This document shows positions 1 to 11,384 of a stretch of DNA of 64,000 nt, in pieces. Position 1 is the stretch's first letter. Every line of letters starts with the position of its first letter. The position numbers and the translations under genes were made by a program. Source of the stretch: Octopus vulgaris (lineage: Eukaryota); assembly GCA_951406725.2 (NCBI GenBank), contig OX597818.1:2418001-2482000 (forward strand). The letters run 5' to 3'. Under the pieces are notes generated by a model. The model made no database searches. It was not told the DNA's origin and saw only the letters and a program-made list of their open reading frames with translations.

Positions 1-1202
1 GTAAATAGCTTGAAGTATTTAGTTTTGCAATCTACCAATTCTACCATTCTCTAATTATTAACTTCAGTTTTGATTTTTCTTACTATAGTCATTGTTATCA
101 TTATCGTTGTTGTTGTTGTTTTTGTTTAGCCCCAGGTCAACTGAGATGAGCCAAATCTGGAATCAAAGCTGTTTTACTTGTTGTGACCATCCCATCTTTT
201 CACAAGGCACAATGCATCCCCATGACCACACTATCCAATGTGTGTCTTTTTTTAATAAGGCACTGTGTATTTTGAGTAAAATTTCACTGCTATTTCTAGC
301 AGGTTAACCACATAGTAGTCTTTTCTTGTCTTGTAGTATCACCATCACATCATATTGGTACTTAAGGAATTTATTCAATGCATGAGTGTGATACATGGCT
401 AGGGTATATAGACAACAGGGTGCACATGATGAAATATTAGACTAGGGTATATACAAGATTGATGTATGTAAATGGTGAAGTAAAGGTCTGGGGTATATAA
501 ATTACAGAATGCAAGGCTGGGGTATATAAATATTGGTTTACAAATCAGCTGTATATAGATGATGGTGCAAGGTTTTCAAATGTCACCTTTACCTGGATGA
601 GATAGACAACAAGACAGTCATTATCATCATCATTTAACCTCCTTCCTTTTTTTCCATTCTGGTATGAGTTGGTTTAGTTTGACAAGAATAAATAAGCCAG
701 AGGGCTCTGCCAGGTTCTATATCTGCTTTCACATGTTTTCTACGGCTGGATGCCCTTCCTAGTGTCAATAACTTAACAGCAGATACTGCATACTTTTTAC
801 ATAGCATCAGCATCAATGAGGTTGTTGAGTACCCACAAGATAAGACCCCTCAAATGAGTGGGGTATAGACTGGAGAAAGAAACTGTGATAGAGGTAGAGG
901 AGCAAGTGTCTTGCTGAAGAGGTTTCCCACAAGGAAAGTGAGAGAGAAAGAAAAAGATGTGAGATTCAGGTACAACATGAATATGAGACAATAGGAAGTG
1001 CACTGAGTAAAAATAGTGTGACAGATAATTAGAGACAGGGAATTAGTTCAGTGTAGCAGAAAGTGAGTAAAATAGAAGCTGAGTTGTGGGAGAAGGCTTG
1101 ACAGAACATAAGTTCTGCTGAGATGGGTGGGTCTTCGCAAGCACAGCATGATGCCAGATGAAAACAGTCAGTAAAAGGAAACAATGGATTACCTTAGGTA
1201 GC

Positions 1203-1233
<31 letters not shown>

Positions 1234-1252
1234 TTATTATTATTATTATTAT

Positions 1253-1290
<38 letters not shown>
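1203..1290. repeat. Compound microsatellite (CTT)n(ATT)n(CT)n, representative of many TA, CA, TACA and CT tracts in the window
   Basis: Directly visible. Other large tracts lie at about 10795-10852, 24450-24510, 34115-34215, 56810-56997 and 59210-59256. Confidence 0.95.
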
Positions 1291-2273
1291 TACTCACTCA
1301 CTCTCACATTCTCTCAATATATATTTAACAAATTGGAAAACATGATTATAAGCAATGATTGTGTAATATTGATGATAAAATATTGATTATTTAGCATAAA
1401 ACTCATAGTCATTTCATTATGACTGAATGAATAAAGTCATATGAGAAAAACTTGAAAGAATTCACCTACATGGGCTTACAGACAAGAAGGCATTCATATT
1501 CTTGTAGGAGGAGATTCTACTAAACATGCAAATAAAGAAAAGGTAAAAATGATAGATTTTGGGTAATAATTGATAAGATCATTTCTGAAGCTGGCTTTAT
1601 TAGTTAGTCTGTATACTCAGACAGTTGTCTAATTGAGAAAGTAAAACAATGTTAAATGTGTGTATCATTATACAGAGTATCATAAATCAGTTGAGATGGG
1701 TATTTTTGGAGTAGCTTCAAAGAAATCGTAAATGTTCAAAGAGAAAATAAAGAAGTATGGAAAAGAAGAGAGATAGCAAGAAGATGGTGAGACAAGAATA
1801 AATTGAAAGGATGAAAACAATATAAGTAGGCTTAGATAAAAGGAAGAGTGAATATTAATAATCTTAAAGGGGCAAGTGATAGCTATATGATTAGTATAAC
1901 AGGGAGTTGAACAAGTCAGAACCTAATGAATGAAAAAATATACAAAGTAGTAAAATATTAGTATAATACTTCATAATTAAAAGTTCAATGATAAAAACAT
2001 TAACAATAGCATTGAAATAATAGACAGTCAACTGAAGAGTTCAGTATTGTTTATTAGGTTATGTGAAAGGCTGAGCACGATTGACCCCTGAGAACAACAT
2101 GATGTCCAGATACATTGTATGATATATGCAGGTAAGATGACCATGCTGCTAGAGAGAGGGATTTATAGATTTATACATTTATATGTATAAGATAAAAGGG
2201 GCTTAGATTAAGAAGTTATAAATGTTTATGCAATTAATATGTCTTATAGATATAATATATTTGACATTTGCAG

Positions 2274-2400
2274 AAATAACTGCTTGGAAAATCCAGGAAA
2301 ACTATTTAATGATATACCCACTGTTAGTAGACCTACTGGACAAGTCTACAGTCCTCAAGAACAATGCAGGACATTCACTGGTTCTACAGGACTTTGCTCA
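2274..2400 (+). CDS. Exon of an ADAMTS/reprolysin-like protein: end of metalloprotease domain and start of disintegrin-like domain (NNCLENPGKLFNDIPTVSRPTGQVYSPQEQCRTFTGSTGLCS)
   Basis: Acceptor tttgcag at 2273, donor gtaagt at 2401 (phase 2 in, phase 0 out). The peptide fits the ADAMTS pattern CLxNxP...PGQxYSxxEQC...G...C. Earlier exons, including any HExxH site, lie outside the window. Confidence 0.85.
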
Positions 2401-2596
2401 GTAAGTTCGTATTTAATTGAAGTAAACTATCAATTACAATTAAACTGTTAATTATCGAAAGATAATCATTTACATCATTATCATCATCATCGTTGTAGTT
2501 ATTGTCATCATCACCATTGTTCTCATCAACGTCAAACACCCCATCAACCTCATCATCATCATCAGCTCCATCACCACTATCAGCAGCAGCATTTTT

Positions 2597-2960
2597 TTTT
2601 TACTTGTCTCAATTGTTGGACTGCGGCCATGCTGGGGCAGTGCCTTGAAGGGTTTAGTTGAATAAAGCAGCCCTAATACTTATTTTCTTAAACCTGGGTC
2701 TTATTCTCTTGATCTTTTTTGCTGAACTAAGTTGCTGAAGTATAAACAAACCAATGCGGGATGTCAAGTGGTGATGAGGACAAAAATACACACACACACA
2801 CGCACAATAGATTTCTTTCAGTTTCTATCTACAAAATCCACTCACAAGGCTTTTATCAGCCTGAGGCTATAATAGGAGACATTTGCCCAAGGTGCTATGC
2901 AATGGGACTGAACCTGAAACCATTGCAGTTGGAAAGCAAACTTCTTATCACGCAGCCACA
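2597..2960 (-). mobile_element. tRNA-derived SINE copy (octopus-type family A), diverged
   Basis: Reverse complement of the SINE at 59429-59830 (gactgcggccatgctgg..., ccactcacaaggc, ttgcccaagg). Confidence 0.75.
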
Positions 2961-3532
2961 CTACTTTTCTGTGATGACATGAGTTAGAAGGATTATCTTA
3001 AATTAAATCAGTTCTTATATAGGATTCCTCCCCTTCTTGACAGATAGGGGACTATGTCTTGCCTCATGTTTCCTTTATCTGGATGCCCTTCCTATCACCA
3101 ACAACTTTACAGTGTCTTCTGAGCACATCTTACCATGACTCTGGTGCATCTGTATGTATGGGTAGCATCCTGGGTATAATTATGTCCTTTCATTTGGCAA
3201 GCCCAGACATTTGCCCAAGGTGCTATGCAATGGGACTGAACCTGAAACCATTGCAGTTGGAAAGCAAACTTCTTATCACGCAGCCACACTACTTTTCTGT
3301 GATGACATGAGTTAGAAGGATTATCTTAAATTAAATCAGTTCTTATATAGGATTCCTCCCCTTCTTGACAGATAGGGGACTATGTCTTGCCGCATGTTTC
3401 CTTTATCTGGATGCCCTTCCTATCACCAACAACTTTACAGTGTCTTCTGAGCACATCTTACCATGACTCTGGTGCATCTGTATGTATGGGTAGCATCCTG
3501 GGTATAATTATGTCCTTTCATTTGGCAAGCCC
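2877..3532. repeat. Near-perfect tandem duplication, 2 x 328 bp
   Basis: 2877-3204 repeats at 3205-3532; I found one mismatch (gcctcatg versus gccgcatg). Confidence 0.9.
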
Positions 3533-4894
3533 AGTGTGAATAATAAATGTGACATTAGGCGTAAACTGAGTCATAAACTGCTTGTCCATGGCTGGTCTAA
3601 CTTCTTGGGAATTGTCCTTCTTTAATTGAAATCTGTCAAGGTATTTAAAATTTCTTCAAAACAGGAAACTACTTTTTGTGTGTGCTACAGAAGCTGACAA
3701 TATTGCATCTCACCAGGTATTGTTATCCATCAATGCAAGTCTATAGCATACCTCTAGAGCAGTTTTGATAAGAGCTTAAGTGGTATCAATCACTACTTGA
3801 TTGGGGTATCAAACTATAATCATTAACTCCTAAATAGTAATCTGTCTGAAACTATGTTCATTTTATTCAATGAAATTACACTCCAGACTCGAAACAGATT
3901 GCCATAAAATGTTATCTAGAAGCCAAAAGATTTCACAGTCATGAAAAAGCAGTAAATAACACTATCATCATCATCATTTTCATCATCATTATCATCACTC
4001 AAATGTTCACTTTTACATCGTGGTAGCTGTTATTGCCATTGTTGTCACTGCTGCTGCTGCTGTCATTGTTAATCATGTTGTTGACATTTTTGTGGCTGTC
4101 CATGAAATTTCTTGTGTGTGTGTGTATGGGTTTGCTTCAAATGTTATATATATCCAGTTGGCAAGCTTTAAATATATTCATATAAAAAGTGAAATCAATT
4201 GATCTCGAAGTATTTGTATTCCTTGCTTCTTTAGTTCATACAAGGTAAGCCTGTTCCTGTTATATTCATTGCATTCATGATTAATAATGACAGCAGCAGT
4301 GGCAGTGACAACCATGATGGCAACACCATGGGCAAACACACATACACAGAGGAATACAGGAACTGTACCATATTTTCAGGTCTTAGGACAGCAGCAGCAC
4401 AATGGAGTGAGAGGATGGGGCTGAAGGGAAGGTCACACTGCTGCTGAACACTATGACACACACACAAGCATACATACACACATATACAAACATGAACATG
4501 TGCACACAAAAACAAGGACACAAACACATGCACACATAAGTATACCTATCTTAGAAGAAGAGAATGGAGTAAGTGGAGCAAGAACACACACAATTATGAA
4601 AAGCGTTGCCAAAGAGATCACAGATATGTGACGAAAGATTTCCGGTCAATGGTCATGAGTTAAAATAATAAAATAAGTAAAGTAATGAATGAGTGAAGAA
4701 AAGAAAAAAAAAATATGTATATATATTTTCTTCACTCGTTTATTACTTTATATATAGTGTGTGTGCTTATTTGGCAAAAAAAAAATGACCAGCCCGAAAT
4801 ACAACAATATCTGTTTCAACACCTGATTTCACATCAGGAATCTTGCAAAACAAACTGATAAACATATATATGTATATATATATATATATATATA

Positions 4895-6160
4895 TCAGGT
4901 CATCCCATAAGTTCTGTCCAAATTTGGAATAAAGAAAACAAGTGATCAAATGTTATTTAATTGAAATTTAATAATCATTGTACTTTACCTGATTATCTGT
5001 GACTTCCTTCTGTCTATTTACAAGCTGTTTAATCCCATGAATGTAAAACTCTTTTGGTTTCAAAGCGAAGAACTCTGAAATGTCTGTTTCGACCTCCTCC
5101 TGGCTTGCGAAAGTTACATCCCCCAAATGATTCTGTAAACTACAAAACAAATGGTAGTCTGAAGGAGCAAGGTCAGGAGAATAAGGTGGATGAGGAATTT
5201 TTTCTCAACCAAACTCTTCAATCTTCTGTGATGTGATATTTGCAGTGTAGGGTTGCGCATTGTCCTGATGAAACATTACTCCCTTTCAATTCACTAAAGT
5301 GGATCTTTTTTCTTCAAAGCTGACAGTAGACTTGAGCATTGACTGTTGCATTAGGTGATAACAATTCAAAGTGAATTACTCCTTTGCAATCCCACCAGAT
5401 AGAGAGAAGAACCTTTTTCCCATGAAGTTCCCTTCTCAGTTGTGGTTGAGCTTTTTCCCTTTTACCAAGCCACTGTTTACAACATTTAACATTTTGACAG
5501 AAAATTCATATTTTGTCACCAGTCACAAGTCTATCCAAAAAAGGTGAAATGAGTTCATGAGAATGGAGAGAAGAGCAGATGTCAACTCAGGATTTGTGAT
5601 TGCATTGAGACAATTCATGAGGCACCCATTTTCCAAGTTTAGGAACCTTTCCAATTTGTTGAAGATGACAATGAACAGTTGTATGGTTTGAACTAAGCTT
5701 TATTGTCAATTCTTCAACTGATAATGCAGGATTTTCTTCAAATAATGCCTCAAGGATCTCATCATCAAACTCAGCTGGATGTCCTGTTTGATCTTCATCT
5801 TTAAGGCTGAAATTCTCCACTTCTGAATTTTGCAAACTGTTTTCTGCAAATTCTTTCATTCAAGCGTTCTATCCCATAAACTGAGTGTATGTTTCGAGTC
5901 GCTTCGGCTGCAGAGTTTCCTTTTTTTGTACTCATAAAGCATTATGTGCCTCAAATGCTCTTTAGATACTTCCATGTTAGAAAGGGTTTTAATCAAAGAA
6001 ATTTTAATTCTATTATTCTGTAAAATAATATTTAATTAGTTTAAATGTACACAAATGCATGATAATAATTTTTAATTCCATTAGACATCCTAAAATACTA
6101 TTAAATTTCATTCAATTTTAAAAAAAGGTAAAATCGGACAGCACTTATGGGATGACCTGA
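4895..6160 (-). mobile_element. Tc1/mariner DNA transposon, full length but decayed
   Basis: TIRs tcaggtcatcccataagt / acttatgggatgacctga flanked by TA. Transposase fragments include GKWVPHELS and LFCSLQNHL..F. Confidence 0.9.
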
Positions 6161-6169
6161 TATGTATAT

Positions 6170-7180
6170 ATATAAAATACAAAAATGGGACAAGAACACA
6201 AAACATCCAGACAGTTAGGTGATACAAAAAAGGGACATCAAAACTTCCAGACAGACGATACAAAAAAACAAGGATGGGTCATTCAGAGTTTTCTATCCTC
6301 AGTCGAGTTCCAGATTATCTTTGCAATTTTGGCTGGTTATACTCGAGATTGCTCCAATCTGGCCAACCCCAAGGAAAAATTAAACTAAGAGCATTAGATT
6401 CCTTGGAAGAAAGCAGCGAATGTATATGAAAACAAGCACGGAAAAAAAAACAGAGAATGTTACACAAATACAAATGCAAATAACAGGACATAATAACATG
6501 TGTCTTTTGACTAAGGACGAATTAAATTAAGCTGGTGTGTGTGAAAATAAAGCCTTATGGCAGGAACATAGGATTAGACAGACACAGGGAGGAATATAGA
6601 TGTTGCACGGATGGGAGCCGAACCAAGAAAGAAAGGTCAGGCTTGGCCAAACACCAGTCACGTGGGGAGAGGAGAGAGATGTAGAGGCAGAGAGATAGAA
6701 GAATTAAGGAGGGGCAAGAAAAAAATGAAAGGGATACAGTGAAGTAAGAGAGAAGGGAAAGTTAGCATGAAGAGAAGGTCAGGAAATGTGAGAGAGGGGG
6801 AATAAAAGAACAAAGAGTGGAATGAACAAGTAAGCGTGAAAGGGTTGATAGAAAGAAGGAATTAAAGAATAGAAAGAATAATAGAGTCATACAAAATTTA
6901 GATATATATATACTTACATATAAGAGACCAAAGTGTATGTACGCTGCTATATTTTTTTTATATATAAAAAATACACAAGTGGGACAAGAATGCAAAACAT
7001 CCAGACAGTTAGGTGATACAAAAAAGAGACAACAAAACATCCAGACAGAAGATACAAAGAAAACAAGGACGGGTCATTCAAAGTTTTCTATCCTCAGTCG
7101 AGTTCTAGATTATCTTTGCAATTTCGGCTGGTTATACTCGAGATTGCTCCAATCTGGCCAGCCCCAAGGAAAAACTAAGC
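6170..7180. repeat. Two direct repeats of about 220 bp around a purine-rich spacer; possibly Penelope pseudo-LTR related
   Basis: About 6170-6390 and 6960-7180 share gggacaagaa...catccagacagttaggtgataca...ccccaaggaaaa. The family assignment is tentative. Confidence 0.6.
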
Positions 7181-7189
7181 TATATGGTA

Positions 7190-7550
7190 GCACATAAAAT
7201 ACACCATCCAAACGTGGTCGATGCCAATGCCCCCTGACTGGCCTGTATAAAGCACTATCCAAATGTGATCATTGCCAGGGCCTTCTGACTGTCTCCTGTG
7301 CCTGTGACACATAAAAAGCACCATCCGAACATGACCAATGCCAGTGCCTCCTGACTGGCTCCCATGCCAGTGGCACATAAAAAGCACCTACTATACTCAC
7401 GGAGTGGTTGGTGTTAAGAAGTGCATCCAGCTGTAGAAACATTGCCAGATCAGATTGGAGCCTGGTGCAGCCACTGGCTTTCTAGACCTCAGTCAAACTG
7501 TCCAGCCCATGCTAACATGGAAAACATACATTAAACGATGATGATGATGA
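7190..7550 (+). mobile_element. RTE-related SINE or RTE 3' UTR fragment with internal tandem units of about 60 bp
   Basis: Repeated ggcacataaaaagcaccatcc units, then gcatccagctgtagaaac and a (gat)n tail; same family as 11385-11900 in the opposite orientation. Confidence 0.7.
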
Positions 7551-7835
7551 TATATATGTGTTTGTATGGAAAGAGGTTGTTCTATCCAAGCATACACCAG
7601 CATACACTCTATATTGATTAATGATATTGGAAGTTGCATATGTGTATATGTACTAGAGTTTATCATTCATTCTTCTTCGATATTAGTACCTTAGACTTCT
7701 GAAATTCTAGTTGTCTCTATAGAGGTTTCCATTATTTTCAGTATAGGAGAAAAAATTTTAACAATATAAATAAAAATGGAGAATACATACAGAGGATAAT
7801 CAATATATATATATTAATTAATTATCATAGTCATA

Positions 7836-7922
7836 TTGCCTATGAGACGTTTCAGTTTGTTGCACTATCCAAATTTGCACATTTGCTTTATGAAGTTGAA
7901 AGCAAAAACTTCTTCAGGGCAA
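7836..7922 (-). ncRNA. Type I hammerhead ribozyme motif (Penelope-type), slightly decayed
   Basis: Minus strand: ttgcc-CTGAAGA-agtttttgc...gcaacaaact-GAAA-cgtctca-TA-ggcaa. Stems I and II pair; stem III has one mismatch. Confidence 0.6.
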
Positions 7923-8099
7923 ATTGATTTCCGTTTGAATTGTAGCATGTATGTCTTGGATATATTACATATATACATACACACACACACACTCACACAC
8001 ACATACACACACACACACACACGCACACACACACACATACACACACATATAGGAAAAATTAATAGAGGTCACAAAAGTGACAGAGGGTAATGACCAGCA

Positions 8100-9720
8100 C
8101 CAGCTATTACTAGAAACAAGAGCTAGAAACAACTCCAAAGCCACAAAGCACTTTACTTAGTGAATGACTGGCAAAGGGAGGTAAGTCCCCAGCTTACCTA
8201 GATGAAACGATTTTGGATTTTGATGCATAGCATCTTAATCCTTGTCAGCAACTCTTAACTCCTTGAGTTAAACTCAACTACCTCTGTCAGTCTTATAAAA
8301 TTGTTGTGCATGTGTATAGTGTATGCTTGTGGGCAAAAGTTATCTGTGTCTATGCATGTTGCATGTGTTCATGTGTGGGTGTGGGAGTGTGCATGATGGT
8401 GTGGTGTGTGTACTAAGTTGAACAGTGTGTAGGAGTGCTTGTATAGTGGTATGTGTGGGGACGCTATTGAAGAGTGTGTGGATAATGGTGTGTGGTGTGG
8501 GTGCTGAAAAGTGTTTGGTGCTAGTGTGTGTGGAGTGGGAATGTGTTTGCAGATGTGTGTGTAATGGTATGTGAAGTGAGTAATGAGTTGAACAGTGAAT
8601 ATGGGTGTTTGCATAATGGTGTGTGTGGTGAGGGTACTGAGGTAGGTGATATGCAGGTGTATAGGTGAAGGGGAGGGGCAGTTGAATGTGGGAGGTGTGT
8701 GGGATGATGTCAGATGATGAGAGGAAGCAAGTTGAGCCCATAACGAACAAAAGAAGAAGCTTAATTCCTGTTCACGGCAAAGGTGGGAGTCCAGGTGGCC
8801 CCTGTGCAGAGATAGTCCAAACACAGACAGATGTAGTGATTGACAGGTAGAGCAGAAGTGGCCTGAGACCAGGGTGTCATTGCCAAGTCTGATGTCTTGG
8901 AGGTGCTCCATGAAACAGTCAGCCAAGTAGCGTCCCATTTGACCAATGTACTGGGAAGGACAGAGAGAGAGTTGGAGATGCAGTAAATAACATTACTGGA
9001 GGTACAGGTAAAGGAGTCAGTGATGTAATAGGGACAGCAGTGGGTGCCAGTGAGGATAGTGGTGTTAGAGAGGTAGGGGCAGATGCAACAGTGTGGGTAA
9101 GAGCAGGGAAGGAGACAAGCTGAGAGACAGGGGTAGGGGAGAAACTGTGGACCAGGAGGTCATGCAGGTTTTGGGCTTGTTTGAAGGAAGGAAGGAGTGA
9201 CTTAGGGAAGATGTGCAAGGTGGAGGAGTTAGGCTAGAGTCACCAGAAGGCTCAGAGAATGGTGCATTGGAGTGGTGGTAGATTAGGGGAAACAGCAGAC
9301 AGGTAAGAGTGGGGCAGGTGCAAGGGGAAAGAGTAGATGCACAGTCCACAGATTGTGCCCAGACAAGGGCAGTGTAGATAATGGTGAGGGGGATATCCAT
9401 ATAGGGTGAAGTGGTGAGCCATGAGTTGAGACTAGGTCTCAAAGTCATGGTCGTCACTGCAGAATTTGCATAGACAAGGGAATTGGGGGTAGGGAATCGA
9501 GAGCTTGGTGTGGGTAGGGTGAGAAGAGGAGAAATTAAGATAAAAGTGTGAGTCTGTGTGCTTGCAGTAGATGGATGTGTTGAGAGCAGAGTGATGTATG
9601 CAGACAGAAATGTTGAGAAATTCAACAGAAGAGTTAGAGACAGTGCAGGAGAATTCAAGGGCAGGATTAAAAGATTGGATAGGAAAAGAGTCAAGATGAT
9701 ATATAGATGATGATGATCTT
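8100..9720 (-). mobile_element. Penelope-like retroelement fragment (RT C-terminus and GIY-YIG endonuclease), decayed
   Basis: Frameshifted minus-strand peptides: HPTHTKLSIPYPQFPCLCKFCS-like RT thumb segment and YIGQMGRYLADCFMEHLQDIR....VSGHF...REQEL; CA-rich 3' region. Confidence 0.75.
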
Positions 9721-9834
9721 GACGATATATCATCTTGACTCCTTCCTGTTCAATCCTTCCATTCTGCCCTCGAATTCTCCTGCACTGTCACTAATTCTTT
9801 TGTTGAATTTCTCGACATTTCTGCCTGCATATAT

Positions 9835-10788
9835 ATATATAAATAAATAGAGCTTAATGCAGGTATAATTCAAATACTTTTACTTCCAACACATGTTTCA
9901 AAGATTTCACTGATATTATTCCAAGGGAATAAATGGTGTAAAACAATGTGATCTTCTCTTCAGGGAAGTGAAGAAATGAAACTCGTCAATAAGACATTTT
10001 AACAGAAAATGATGGATATGTATAGTGATTTACTGAACGCTATTAATATTGTTTGAAAAAAACGTTATACGATATAATGTCAGAAGTAGCCTATAGAAAG
10101 AGGAGGGATATTTTTTTAGTTAATGTTAAATATAAAAAGAAAATTAATGTTTAAATTATATATACTGATAGAGATTACTTATAGGAACTAAAGGTGTCTT
10201 TTTGCCAATGTTTACATCGATATGCACACTCTATAACTATGTTTACTAGGGGATTGTTAGAAAATATAATGAAAAATAGTTCAGAATTACAGAGAAGATA
10301 GAATTCCTTGGCTTTGTCATAAGGTATTGAGATTGAGAGAATCAACCATTCTAAATTAAATTGTTCATTGTGGTCTTTTAGATCCCAAATTAATTTACTG
10401 AGCCCAGTACTGTTACGTTTATTCCTATCCCTAAATGTTGAGTAATGGATAGAAATTCTTTTAGATAACTCTAACGAGCTTCCAATGTAAAATCGTACTT
10501 TATTATGAGTACTGATTATACACTGGTATATAGAATTTTTTATTTTACAGTTACTTAACATAAACTTAATTCTGTTGGAATTGACTTCAGATACAATAAC
10601 CTTGTTATTAATATTTCTAGAAAGATGGATGGTATTAGCTAAATTAATGTTAGTATTAGTAAATGTATTTATATTTAACAGGTTGTTATTATGTGAAGGG
10701 ATAATTTGTAAGAGATTTTTTGTGTTGGAAAAACTAATCCTAACCATATTTTTTCCGTGTTAATTGTTAACAAGGGGAAAATACACTC

Positions 10789-10790
<2 letters not shown>
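9835..10790 (-). mobile_element. Second Penelope-like element, 3' part (GIY-YIG endonuclease and pseudo-LTR)
   Basis: ORF 10175-10747: NSIYQCII....FYIGSS..LSKRISIHYSTF...STGLSKLIWDLK.....LEW.IL...LCNSELFFI, a Penelope GIY-YIG pattern, followed by a hammerhead motif. Confidence 0.85.
9882..9969 (-). ncRNA. Type I hammerhead ribozyme motif with intact core
   Basis: Minus strand: acttcc-CTGAAGA-gaagatcac...gtgaaatcttt-GAAA-catgtg-TT-ggaagt. 6-bp stem I, paired stem II, minimal stem III containing palindromic ACATGT, GUU triplet. Confidence 0.75.
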
Positions 10791-10855
<65 letters not shown>

Positions 10856-10961
10856 AAAGAAAGAGAAAGAAAAAGTGAAAAATGTGGTATCACTTTAGAA
10901 TATATAATTTATAATTCAATATAATTGCAGAGTTGTTAGATGAAGAAATAATGCATAGAGT

Positions 10962-11050
10962 CTCTTACAGTTGTTTCTAGACTAGCTGTGCATAGGGTGC
11001 ATAAATCATTGAGCAAAGATTTCCATATAAGCCAAACTGTCTTCAGAGAG
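10962..11050 (-). ncRNA. Type I hammerhead ribozyme motif
   Basis: Minus strand: ctct-CTGAAGA-cagtttggct...agctagtcta-GAAA-caactg-TA-agag. GUA triplet; the stem II closing pair is mismatched. It sits in a partly inverted pseudo-LTR-like block at about 10880-11355. Confidence 0.6.
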
Positions 11051-11384
11051 GAAGAATCAAAGAATATTCTTAAAGGATATTAGTAGTTATCAGTTCTGTC
11101 ATTAAAGAATTAATGAATATCCTTAGTAAAAGATAACAGTAGTTACCAATTCCATCATTGAATACTACTCGTTTTTTTACTAAGGATATTCTTTGATTCT
11201 TCATAGTTGGCTTGTATGGAAATCTTTGCATAATGATTTATTACAGCATTTGCACAGCAATTCTAGAAACAGTATTATTTCTTAATCCCTTATTTACTCT
11301 AACAACTCTGCAGTTACATTTCAATCATAAATTTCATGCTCTAAAGTAACATCATATGTTTTGCTTGTTCTTTTTACCTTATCA

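Noticed and set aside
2222-2404. ORF MFMQLICL...QDFAQ overlapping the first exon
   Set aside because: Wrong frame. The 2239 frame carries the ADAMTS motif and matches the phase of the next exon.
6277-6312. CTGAGGA motif on the minus strand of the 220-bp direct repeats as a hammerhead
   Set aside because: I could not build a convincing stem II, GAAA and stem III/UH arrangement.
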